NCBI GenBank assembly: GCA_036507155.1
Contig: DASXQN010000005.1
Span: 1 to 26,518, forward strand
Reading direction: 5' to 3'
From: Anaerolineales bacterium
Lineage (GTDB): Bacteria; Chloroflexota; Anaerolineae; Anaerolineales; Villigracilaceae
DNA length: 26,518 nt
The position numbers and the translations under genes are program-made. The notes beneath the pieces were generated by a model. It made no database searches. It was not told where the DNA came from and saw nothing but the letters and a program-made list of their open reading frames with translations. Position 1 is the stretch's first letter. The number at the start of each line of letters is the position of its first letter. Positions 7,615 to 15,509 of this stretch are shown piece by piece.

Positions 7615-9576
7615 TTATTCCACGAAGATCTCCCACTTGCTCCCGTTTTGGGGGACGCGCTGATCTCCTTGCCAGCCCGGGATATCCCAATACCTTGCCC
7701 GCCACATATCCGCGCCGAACCCGTCGCACTCGGCGGCCTTGAAGTCAACCGGCAGGGTGTCCGGCAGGAGACAAAGCGGCTCCTCCAGCCCCGTCCCGGG
7801 CAGTGAGGCCGGGACCTCGCCGCTGCGTGCATTGACCATGCCCGGCGTGGGATGGCAATCTTGGAACCACGAGCCGCGCACATCCGGCAGGCGGCACCAG
7901 CTCTGGTTGGAGACCTTGACCACGGTATAGGAGCGCGCGTCCAGGATCGTGCCGGCGGGGTTGAGCAGCCGCACCGTATCGCCTCCATCGCTGAGCAGGA
8001 TGTTGGTCTGCAGGCCGTAGAAGAGCGCGTGCTCTCCGGGGCGCAGCGTGATGTTCGGCAGCGTGTAGGGGCTGGAGCCGGCGTTCGCCTCGTCGTCCAG
8101 CATCCAGCCGGTCAGCGTCCCGTTGACCGGGCCGAGGTTGGCGACCTCGATGAACTCGTCGAAGACATCCACCTTTCCGTCTTGATTCCAATCGAAGCCG
8201 GCGCGCGGCAGGAATTCGTTGATCACGAAGCGCGCCACTGGTGGGGGAGGGCGTGTCGGCGCCTTGGTGGCCGGCGCGGGCGAGGGCGTGATCGTGACCG
8301 TGATGGCCCAGTTCGACTTTTTCGGCGTGCCGTTGATGGGGTTGCCGTTCGCGTCCAGGCCATTACGCACGACACCGGTGTTCGTGACCCAGGCGGTGGA
8401 GTTGTCCAGGATCGCGCCGCGCCGCTCCATGCTGCGGAAATTTGTGGTACTGCCGGCCGGCCACGCGCCGCCGTCGATGTTGGCCGAGTCGATCTGCACG
8501 CCGGTCGGATTGAACAGCCGCAATTTTTCGCCGGTGTTCGAGAGATCTCCCGAGTAGAGTTGATCGGCGGTGATGTCCGAGACGGTGTTCTCGTCGGTGC
8601 GCTCGAGCAAGTAGAAGCCCCCGGCAGGAATAGTGCCGGTTAGGTCGATACTTGGCTCGCCATCATCCGCCCTGAGCTGCCAGCCGGCCAGGCTGACGGC
8701 CGCCGAACTTGGGTTGTAGAGCTCGATCCACTCGTCGCTGGTGGAAGCCGCTGTCCCGGCCCAGGCCAGCTCGTTGATGATGATCGACAGGGCCGCCGAT
8801 GCGGGGGTAGACGTGTGCGTGGGCGTGCTCGTGATCGTCCCGGTGGGGGTAGCAGAGCCTGTGGGCGTTGGAGTAAAAGTTTCAGTCGGAGTAGCAGTCG
8901 CGGTCGACGTAAAGGTGGGCGTGAATGTCGGTATGATCACGCCGCATAGACTCCAGGCGTCAGACATATTCTGCGGACCGCTTGGGTTCGTTATAGCAAA
9001 GTCTGATAAATTGTCGCCGGTATCCACGCAGCTATCCGACGCACCGCCCAGTTTACGTTCATAGCTTTGATTGGCCGTCCCACTCAAAGGAGATAACACG
9101 GAGCCTTCTTTGTAGGCTGAGTCAACATCCATACCTACTTGATCTATAGGGGCAAGCGGATTATTTGGATCTATTAGAGCAATTCCACCATCATCCGTGA
9201 TTCCTGTAGAGTAGGTTGTATCCGCAATACCAAAATAACTACTACCCGAGAGCGCAATTAAGTAGTGTTGACCTGGTTGAAGAATCGCGCCAAGGGGTAT
9301 TGTCTTACGGTTGCTGGTGCTAGGAGGATTATTTCCATTTGATCCCCATAACTGCCATCCGCTAATATCGACTGGTGCTATTGTTGGATTATACAATTCG
9401 ATAAATTCATCGCTACCACCTAATTGCCCCCTGGTCCGAAATTCGCTGATGACCACCGTGGTCGCAGCCTGCATCTGCGGGGCGGCGCGCACGGGCATCA
9501 ACGCCGGCCCGCCCATAAAGCCGGCCAGCAGGCAAAGCAAGAGCAGCCCGCGTGTCAGACGATTCCAATTCCACAT
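7615..9576 (-). CDS. Secreted protein with three lamin-tail domains and P/T-rich linkers
   Basis: Signal peptide; LTD starts VVISEF...DEFIELYNP, IIINELAW...EWIELYNP, FVINEFLP...EFIEVAN; PT linkers; ORF open to 9588. Confidence 0.88.
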   Translation of the reverse strand: MWNWNRLTRGLLLLCLLAGFMGGPALMPVRAAPQMQAATTVVISEFRTRGQLGGSDEFIELYNPTIAPVDISGWQLWGSNGNNPPSTSNRKTIPLGAILQPGQHYLIALSGSSYFGIADTTYSTGITDDGGIALIDPNNPLAPIDQVGMDVDSAYKEGSVLSPLSGTANQSYERKLGGASDSCVDTGDNLSDFAITNPSGPQNMSDAWSLCGVIIPTFTPTFTSTATATPTETFTPTPTGSATPTGTITSTPTHTSTPASAALSIIINELAWAGTAASTSDEWIELYNPSSAAVSLAGWQLRADDGEPSIDLTGTIPAGGFYLLERTDENTVSDITADQLYSGDLSNTGEKLRLFNPTGVQIDSANIDGGAWPAGSTTNFRSMERRGAILDNSTAWVTNTGVVRNGLDANGNPINGTPKKSNWAITVTITPSPAPATKAPTRPPPPVARFVINEFLPRAGFDWNQDGKVDVFDEFIEVANLGPVNGTLTGWMLDDEANAGSSPYTLPNITLRPGEHALFYGLQTNILLSDGGDTVRLLNPAGTILDARSYTVVKVSNQSWCRLPDVRGSWFQDCHPTPGMVNARSGEVPASLPGTGLEEPLCLLPDTLPVDFKAAECDGFGADMWRARYWDIPGWQGDQRVPQNGSKWEIFVE

Positions 9577-9699
9577 GGATTGTGTCAAAAGCGTAGATTC
9601 CCAACCTGGTGCACGGCTGCCGCAGGGTCCCGAGCGCAGCCAGGCTGGCAGAGATTATATACCACCCTTTATTCAGTTTTCCGGTGGGGCCGGCCGCGC

Positions 9700-9960
9700 T
9701 CAGCGCGGCTCAACCACCAATTTGATCGCCGTACGGACCTTGTCCTCGATCTCCACGTCCACAAACTGCGGCACACACACCACGTCGATGCCGTCGCTCT
9801 TCAGGTAGCCGGTGGCCAGCACCAGAGCCTTGACCGCTTGATTGACCGCTCCGGCGCCGATGGCTTGCACTTCAGCGTGTTTGTGTTCGCGCATCACACC
9901 TGCTATCGCCCCCGCGACCGCGGCAGTGCGGGAGCTGGCAGAGACCTTGATCATATCCAT
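9700..9960 (-). CDS. spoVS: Stage V sporulation protein S family protein
   Basis: IKVSASS...AVAGAIAG...QAIGAGAVNQAVKA; GGGAGG RBS before ATG 9960. Confidence 0.93.
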   Translation of the reverse strand: MDMIKVSASSRTAAVAGAIAGVMREHKHAEVQAIGAGAVNQAVKALVLATGYLKSDGIDVVCVPQFVDVEIEDKVRTAIKLVVEPR

Positions 9961-9974
9961 GATGAGCCTCCCAC

Positions 9975-10430
9975 TATTCAATGAAGGGGCGCTTATTGAA
10001 ATTGTACAGGATTCAATTGTGGCTTTCAAGCAGTATCTTTATGGGATATGTATGGATGTAGTAATCTTAGTAGGGCCTGTGGATACTGTGGAGAACGCTC
10101 GCCGGCCCCAAGGGATGGGATCGGATCGAAGGCCGCCCCCATACCTTCCGCTGGTTGCCGTTTGTCGGACAGCCTTTGTTTGTGGAGAAACTCCTGTAAC
10201 TTTCGATCGGTGATCCGAGATTCTCGCACCCCTCCATATTTCGGCAAACTAAAAACGCGACGCCCATATGTGGGGGTGGAGGCTCAGGACTCCCGGGTCC
10301 GATCCGCCCTTGAAAAGCCATATTGTCCACAAACTGCGGTGGTTATCCACAGATAACCGCATGTTATCCACAATCGGAGTCGCCCGGCCGGCGCTTTGTC
10401 TGGACAAGGACCCCTATATGTGGGGTTCCG
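9975..10430. other. Candidate chromosomal replication origin (oriC) / DnaA-box cluster
   Basis: DnaA boxes at 10078-86, 10087-95, 10181-89 (minus; one mismatch each) and 10323-31 (TTGTCCACA), 10343-51 and 10364-72 (perfect TTATCCACA); the minus strand reads TTCTCCACA GTATCCACA GGCC CTA CTA AGA TTA CTA; adjacent DNA about 40% GC by hand count of two 60-nt lines. Confidence 0.75.
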
Positions 10431-10434
10431 AAGT

Positions 10435-10465
10435 GCAGATTTTGGATTTCTGATTGCTGATTGTG
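10435..10465. repeat. Degenerate heptamer array downstream of the four-helix-bundle gene
   Basis: gcagatt ttggatt tctgatt gctgatt gtg. Confidence 0.55.
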
Positions 10466-10472
10466 CCAGATT

Positions 10473-10832
10473 TCACTGCTTCAGGTGATTTCGGGCAGTT
10501 TTCACCGACGCAGTCAAGATCGCCACAAGCTCATTCGCTTCCTTGGTTAGCCCGTTGAGGCTTTCTGCAGACACAATTCCAGCTTCAATGAGCAATTCCA
10601 TCCAATATTGTGATTCGTCTGCTTCCTCCAGGGCAATGCTTGCTTTTGAGATGAAATCGGGCTTTGAACGGGCCCGGCAGGCGGAGCGATAGTTAGCTCC
10701 CACGGAGGTGCCCGAGCGGAGAAGCTGATTCCCGATCACATTGGCCGTCTTTGAGGCCGGCAGCGCCTCCACCACGCGGATAGCTCGCAATCCAAATTGT
10801 TTTGTCCGGGCTTTGAGTTCTTCTGCATTCAT
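10473..10832 (-). CDS. Four helix bundle protein (23S rRNA IVS protein / bAvd-like family)
   Basis: QLLRSGTSVGANYRSACRARSKPDFISKASIALEEADESQYWMELL; GGGAGG RBS before MNAEEL. Confidence 0.92.
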   Translation of the reverse strand: MNAEELKARTKQFGLRAIRVVEALPASKTANVIGNQLLRSGTSVGANYRSACRARSKPDFISKASIALEEADESQYWMELLIEAGIVSAESLNGLTKEANELVAILTASVKTARNHLKQ

Positions 10833-10850
10833 AATATTCCTCCCTGGTTC

Positions 10851-10908
10851 CAATCATAAATCCCGAAGGTGCTGGTGTTCTTCCAGCTAAAATCACAAAT
10901 CAACAATT
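10851..10908. repeat. Degenerate heptamer array upstream of the four-helix-bundle gene (opposite orientation)
   Basis: caatcataaatcc ... aaaatcacaaatcaacaatt. Confidence 0.5.
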
Positions 10909-11912
10909 CCATTGGCCGCGGCGACCTCGTCCAGAAGGATCTCGATCTCATCCAGATACTGATCCAGCCCCTGCAAACGGTCCTCGAAACCTGTCCCGAA
11001 CAGACCGAGCGCCTGGAACGCGGCCTGCCAGGCTCTGGCCTGCTCGCCCTGCAGGACGGCCGCAGCCAGGGTCCACGTGTAGACCAACGGCCAGATCGCG
11101 GTGCTCGCGTTCCCGCTCTCGAGCATGGCCCGGATGGCCTTTTCATAATAGTTCAAGCGCGCTGGATGGATGCGCACGTCGACGCGCGCGTCGCTGCCGG
11201 CCGCCGCGAACGCCATCTTCCAATCCGAGAGCCACTCTTCTATGCTGGCCGGCTCCAACGAGGAGGCGCCCAGCAGCCCGATCAGACCCGCTTGCAACCC
11301 CGGACGTTCGAGCGCTTCGGCTCGCGCGGGAAATTCGAGCAGCAGCCGGCGCTCCGCGATCGGCGGTCCGCTCAGCTCCGCCACGGCATTGGCCGCCAGG
11401 TAGAGCGCCTGCAGGTATTGAATCACTTCGCCTGCGCCGACCGGCGCGCCCGCGTTCAGCATCAGTGGGGTCCAGTGCTTGCGCGCCTGGGTGTACAGGG
11501 TACGGCAGCGCTGCAGGGTCAGCGGTGCCTGTTCAAATTCGAAGCCGGCCCGCAGGCTGGCCTGCACAAAATCGAAGAATCTTTCGCGCTCGTACAGGAG
11601 CAGCGGATCGTACATCTCGTAGCCAAGCCACGGGTCGCCGCGCAGCTCACGCGGCGACTTGAACTCGTCCTTCGAGCGGCGCATGAGATCGACATGGATA
11701 TCCGGGCTGAGTATGATGAAAGAGCGGGGTTGCGCGGGTGGCCGTTTGTACACGAAGACCAGGTCGATGTCCGCTGTGCCGCCCAGCAGCGGATCGCGGT
11801 CCGTGAGCAGCGAACCCGTCAGGTAGGCCGCGATGATGTCTTTGTCGTTGTAGGCCCGCTCCTGGGCCGTCTCTTTGGCGATGCGGATGAGCGACTCGCG
11901 TGTCACGCGCAT
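10893..11912 (-). CDS. Hypothetical protein with a Pol-beta-like nucleotidyltransferase N-terminal domain and a helical C-terminal domain
   Basis: AYLTGSLL...ADIDLVF and a later HVDL fit the G[S]...DxD...D signature; C-terminal half looks helical. Confidence 0.65.
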   Translation of the reverse strand: MRVTRESLIRIAKETAQERAYNDKDIIAAYLTGSLLTDRDPLLGGTADIDLVFVYKRPPAQPRSFIILSPDIHVDLMRRSKDEFKSPRELRGDPWLGYEMYDPLLLYERERFFDFVQASLRAGFEFEQAPLTLQRCRTLYTQARKHWTPLMLNAGAPVGAGEVIQYLQALYLAANAVAELSGPPIAERRLLLEFPARAEALERPGLQAGLIGLLGASSLEPASIEEWLSDWKMAFAAAGSDARVDVRIHPARLNYYEKAIRAMLESGNASTAIWPLVYTWTLAAAVLQGEQARAWQAAFQALGLFGTGFEDRLQGLDQYLDEIEILLDEVAAANGIVDL

Positions 11913-11923
11913 GCGGACCCCGC

Positions 11924-12565
11924 TCAGGCCTCAGCCAGGGGGAGGCTCGGTTGAAACGGACTCAGGCCCAGGGCCTCGCGGATGCGGTTTTCCACCAGGT
12001 CGAGATGTTCCTCGTTGTCGACGAAGTTCAGGCGGTTGGTGTCGATCGTCAGGACCGGCGTGTGGTCGAATGGCAGCGCAAAGAACTCCTCGTAGGCCCG
12101 GTTGAGATCGGCAATGTAATTCCGTTCCATCTGCCGCTCGTACGGGCGGTCGCGCAGCGTTATACGCTGCATGAGCGCATCCGTTTCCGCGCGCAGGAAG
12201 ACGATCAGGTCAGGCTTCGGGATCTTCTCTCCGAGGGCCTCATGGACCCGGTCGTACATGGCGAGTTCTTCGCCTTTCAAATTGATGCGGGCGAACAGGG
12301 AGTCCTTGGCGAACGTGTAATCGGCCAGCACGTTCTTGCCGGCCGCCAGCATGTCCGGCACGGTCTTGTTCTGCTGGCGGTAACGGCTGAGCAGAAAGAA
12401 GATCTGTGTTTGGAAAGCATAACGTTCGCGGTCGGAATAAAAGTCCGACAGGAACGGATTCTCTTCAAAGATTTCCAACAGGAGATCGGCCGCAAAGCGA
12501 GGCTGCATGAGGCGAGCCAGCGTCGTCTTGCCTGCGCCGATCACTCCTTCGATCGCAACATACAT
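11924..12565 (-). CDS. dgk: Deoxynucleoside kinase, dGK (Dgk-like) type
   Basis: YVAIEGVIGAGKTTL, ENPFLSDFY, QIFFL, ADYTFAKDSLFA (DY in place of DRS), RITLRDRPYE; GGAG RBS before ATG 12565. Confidence 0.85.
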   Translation of the reverse strand: MYVAIEGVIGAGKTTLARLMQPRFAADLLLEIFEENPFLSDFYSDRERYAFQTQIFFLLSRYRQQNKTVPDMLAAGKNVLADYTFAKDSLFARINLKGEELAMYDRVHEALGEKIPKPDLIVFLRAETDALMQRITLRDRPYERQMERNYIADLNRAYEEFFALPFDHTPVLTIDTNRLNFVDNEEHLDLVENRIREALGLSPFQPSLPLAEA

Positions 12566-12610
12566 CGTTGTCTCCAGGTTGGGCTGCGCCAAGGATACCA
12601 TAATTACGTT

Positions 12611-12745
12611 TGTCATTGCGATCGCGAAGCACGTGTGCCCGCAAGGGTATCCCGGAGCGATCCCTTCGTCTTCGCTCAGGGCAGGCTCCGGGAGCGAAGT
12701 CGAAGCGGCGGCGATCGCGAAGCATCCCGTAGGGAAGCAATCTCC
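12611..12745. repeat. Composite REP-like element, copy D
   Basis: TGTCATTGCGATCGCGAAGC start, internal duplication of gcgatcgcgaagc...atcccg, ends gaagcaatctcc. Confidence 0.85.
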
Positions 12746-12928
12746 TCCTAACAATCGGAATGCTGCGCATCCGCGACCTTGCGTTAATTCCTTGGCCGAG
12801 TGCGATTCTTGTACACGGACAACGCGGATGATACTGACCTTCACGGAAGAAACAAAAAGGGATCCGTGCCTTTCCGTATCGATCCGATTATTCCGTGTAC
12901 AGAGAATCCGCTCTGACCTCAAACCCGC

Positions 12929-12934
12929 TATAAT
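12929..12934 (+). promoter_or_regulatory. -10 element, probably leaderless mRNA
   Basis: TATAAT 6 nt before ATG 12941; no SD sequence. Confidence 0.55.
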
Positions 12935-12940
12935 CCGCCC

Positions 12941-13951
12941 ATGCCTCGCATTTGCATCGTGCCGCGCGTGGACGGATCGGGCGGCATGGCCTCCTTCCGC
13001 CTCAAGTTTGAAGACGGTCTGCACACGCGCGGGGTGGACGTCACCTATGATCCCGCGCATAATCCGGACGCGCTGTTGCTGATCGCCGGCACCCGCAACC
13101 TGCTCTCGTTGTGGAAAGCGCGGCGCCGCGGCACGCGCATCGTCCAGCGCCTGGACGGCATCAACTGGGTGCAGCGCGCGCGCTGGACCGGGCCGCGTTA
13201 TCATGTGCGCGCCGAATACGGCAACGCGCTGCTGGCTTTCATCCGTGCGCGGCTGGCGGACCGCGTGGTCTATCAGAGTCAGTTCATCCGGCGCTGGTGG
13301 GAGGACTGGTACGGGCCGGCCGCCGTTCCGGCGCGCGTAATCTTAAACGGCGTGGATTTGCATCGTTATGCGCCGGCAGGTTCCTCCAACCTGCCGGCCG
13401 ATCGTTTTCGTCTGCTGGTGGTGGAGGGCAGCCTGGCGGGCGGCCTGGATACGGGTCTGCGCGCCGCGGCCCGGCTGGCCGACCTGCTGTCGGAGAAATT
13501 CCCGATCGAATTGGTCGTCGCCGGACGCGTGGACGCCAGGCTGCAGTCCGACCTGGGTCGCCGCAGCCGCGCCCCTATCCGCTTCCTGGGTTTCGTGCCG
13601 CGTGAGCAGATCCCTGAGCTGGACCGCTCCGCGCACCTGTTGTTTTCGGCGGAGATCAACCCGCCCTGTCCCAACTCGGTCATCGAGGCGCTGGCGTGCG
13701 GCCTGCCGGTGCTCGGCTTCGACACAGGTGCGCTCGCCGAGCTGGTTGCGGACGATGCGGGCCGGTTGGTTCCGTACGGCAGCGATCGATGGAAGCTTGA
13801 ACCGCCGGACGTGCCGGCATTGGTACAGCCGGCCATCGAGATCCTGCAGGACCAGCCGCGCTTCCGCCGTGCCGCGCGGGCGCGCGCCGAGGCCGCACTC
13901 GGACTGGACCCGATGGTGGACGCGTACCTTAAGACTCTTCTAGAGAATTAA
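12941..13951 (+). CDS. Glycosyltransferase family 4 (GT-B)
   Basis: VQRLDG, VVYQSQF, ILNGVDL, FLGFVP, PPCPNSVIEALACGLPVLGFDTGALAELV (EX7E motif). Confidence 0.9.
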   Translation: MPRICIVPRVDGSGGMASFRLKFEDGLHTRGVDVTYDPAHNPDALLLIAGTRNLLSLWKARRRGTRIVQRLDGINWVQRARWTGPRYHVRAEYGNALLAFIRARLADRVVYQSQFIRRWWEDWYGPAAVPARVILNGVDLHRYAPAGSSNLPADRFRLLVVEGSLAGGLDTGLRAAARLADLLSEKFPIELVVAGRVDARLQSDLGRRSRAPIRFLGFVPREQIPELDRSAHLLFSAEINPPCPNSVIEALACGLPVLGFDTGALAELVADDAGRLVPYGSDRWKLEPPDVPALVQPAIEILQDQPRFRRAARARAEAALGLDPMVDAYLKTLLEN

Positions 13952-14040
13952 CCACGAAGACACGAAGTCACGAAGGCACCAAATCATTAAAATGCATCTA
14001 CATAATCCAACCCTCCCCAACTTTGTGTCTTCGTGGTAAA
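13949..14040. repeat. TTAAC-type REP-like palindrome (CACGAAG type)
   Basis: accacgaagacacgaagtcacgaag ... ctttgtgtcttcgtggt inverted repeat overlapping the GT4 stop codon. Confidence 0.7.
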
Positions 14041-14042
14041 CC

Positions 14043-15509
14043 ATGAACAGCCGACCTAATTCAGCCTCGCGCAGCTATGACTTTCTCTGGCTGTGTCTGG
14101 CATTGCTGCCTCTCTTACTCATCGCGTTTTTGCTTCCCTTAACGCCTCACGATTACTGGTGGTACCTGCGGCTGGGCCAGGACGTCCTGCGATCCGGCAG
14201 CGTTCCTTCCGTAGATACCTACAGCTATACCTTCGCGGGCGAGCCGGTCATCAACCAGCCGTGGCTGGCCGCCATCCTCTTCTGGCAGCTATTCACACAT
14301 GGCGGTCTGACTCTTACGTTCCTGGCGCGCGGGCTGATGATCGCAGCGGCCTATGGAATGCTGTGGAAATGGCTGCGCCTGCTGGACGCGGGGCCGCGCC
14401 TGGCCACATGCCTGACCGTGCTGGCCGGATTGGCCGGCAGCAGCAACTGGTCCGTGCGGCCGCAGATCTTTGCGTATCCGCTGTTCATGCTGACCTTGCT
14501 CATCCTATGGAATTGGGACAGGTCGCGTAAGAAAGGGTTGTGGCTGCTGCCGTTGATCGGCTTGCTGTGGGTCAATCTGCATGCATCCTTTCTGTTCATC
14601 TTCGTCCTCGCGGGCGCGGCCCTGGTCTTCGGACGCGGCGATCGCCGCGCTCTGCTGATCGCGACCGGCGCGACATTGCTGGCCACACAGATCAATCCAT
14701 ATGGCATCCAGATTTGGGTTTCGGTGGCCGATTCGTTCATCCATCCGCTCAGCCGCGGTTTCAGCGCGGAATGGGCGCCGCCGGTGAACGAGGGCTGGCA
14801 GATGAATATCTTCTTCGGCTGGCTGCTGCTAAGTATCCCACTGGCCGTGTGGTCGCGGCGACGGCCATCGCGGCTGGAGTGGGCGTGGTTTCTCGGCCTG
14901 TTGTGGATGTCGCTTTCGGGACAGCGCTATGTGATCTGGGGACTCTTCATGCTGGCCGCATTCAGCGCCACGCTGCTTGCCGAGTGGGATGCGGCCCGGC
15001 TGGACGGCCCCGTCGTGGTCCGTGCTCCCGCGTTGAATTACGCCATCGGTATCCTGATGCTGGCGCTGTCGCTGACCGCGCTGCCGGGAATGCGGCCGGG
15101 TGGCGACCTGAAATTTTCGCCGGTGCTCAGCGAAGTGGATACGCCGGTCGACGCCACCGCCTGGATGTCGCATCACGCCGATCTGAGCGGACCGCTTTGG
15201 AGCGACCTGGTCTTCTCCAGTTATCTGATCTATGCGCTGCCCGCACGGCCGGTCTGGATCGACACGCGTTTCGAGGTGCTCTATCCGGCCTCGCAGTTCG
15301 ATCGCTACAACCGGATCGCGCGCGCCGCGCCGGATTGGGAGTCGCTGCTCGCCGCGGATGACGTGCAGTTGCTGATGCTCTCGCCCGCCCGAGAGCCGGC
15401 CCTGCTCGCAGCGGCAGAATTAACCGAGCATTGGTGTGAGCTGTATCGCGATCCGTACGCGGTCATCTTGGGCCGCCTCGGCTCCGGCCTGATCTGCGGA
15501 CTGCAATGA
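14043..15509 (+). CDS. Polytopic membrane protein, probable GT-C-fold glycosyltransferase
   Basis: HDYWWYLRLG in the first loop, WLAAILF, VRPQIF, LWVNLHASF, NPYG, SAEW, many TM helices, C-terminal soluble domain with WIDTR. Confidence 0.65.
   Translation: MNSRPNSASRSYDFLWLCLALLPLLLIAFLLPLTPHDYWWYLRLGQDVLRSGSVPSVDTYSYTFAGEPVINQPWLAAILFWQLFTHGGLTLTFLARGLMIAAAYGMLWKWLRLLDAGPRLATCLTVLAGLAGSSNWSVRPQIFAYPLFMLTLLILWNWDRSRKKGLWLLPLIGLLWVNLHASFLFIFVLAGAALVFGRGDRRALLIATGATLLATQINPYGIQIWVSVADSFIHPLSRGFSAEWAPPVNEGWQMNIFFGWLLLSIPLAVWSRRRPSRLEWAWFLGLLWMSLSGQRYVIWGLFMLAAFSATLLAEWDAARLDGPVVVRAPALNYAIGILMLALSLTALPGMRPGGDLKFSPVLSEVDTPVDATAWMSHHADLSGPLWSDLVFSSYLIYALPARPVWIDTRFEVLYPASQFDRYNRIARAAPDWESLLAADDVQLLMLSPAREPALLAAAELTEHWCELYRDPYAVILGRLGSGLICGLQ

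Noticed and set aside
7780-7810. LPGTG as a sortase LPxTG signal in the lamin-tail protein
   Set aside because: Not followed by a hydrophobic helix and basic tail
9700-9960. spoVS as evidence of sporulation
   Set aside because: SpoVS homologues occur in non-sporulating bacteria, and no other sporulation gene is present
10473-10832. Diversity-generating retroelement suggested by the Avd-like gene
   Set aside because: No reverse transcriptase and no TR/VR repeat pair in the window
10869-11954. 361-aa plus-strand ORF, and similar long antisense ORFs (5657-6520, 6614-7729, 19503-21038, 22002-23078)
   Set aside because: Shadow frames of recognisable genes on the opposite strand, common in GC-rich DNA; no family motifs
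11924-13204. 426-aa ORF as a dNK with a long N-terminal extension
   Set aside because: The extension runs through repeat D and antisense to the GT4 gene; a clear RBS and ATG sit at 12565
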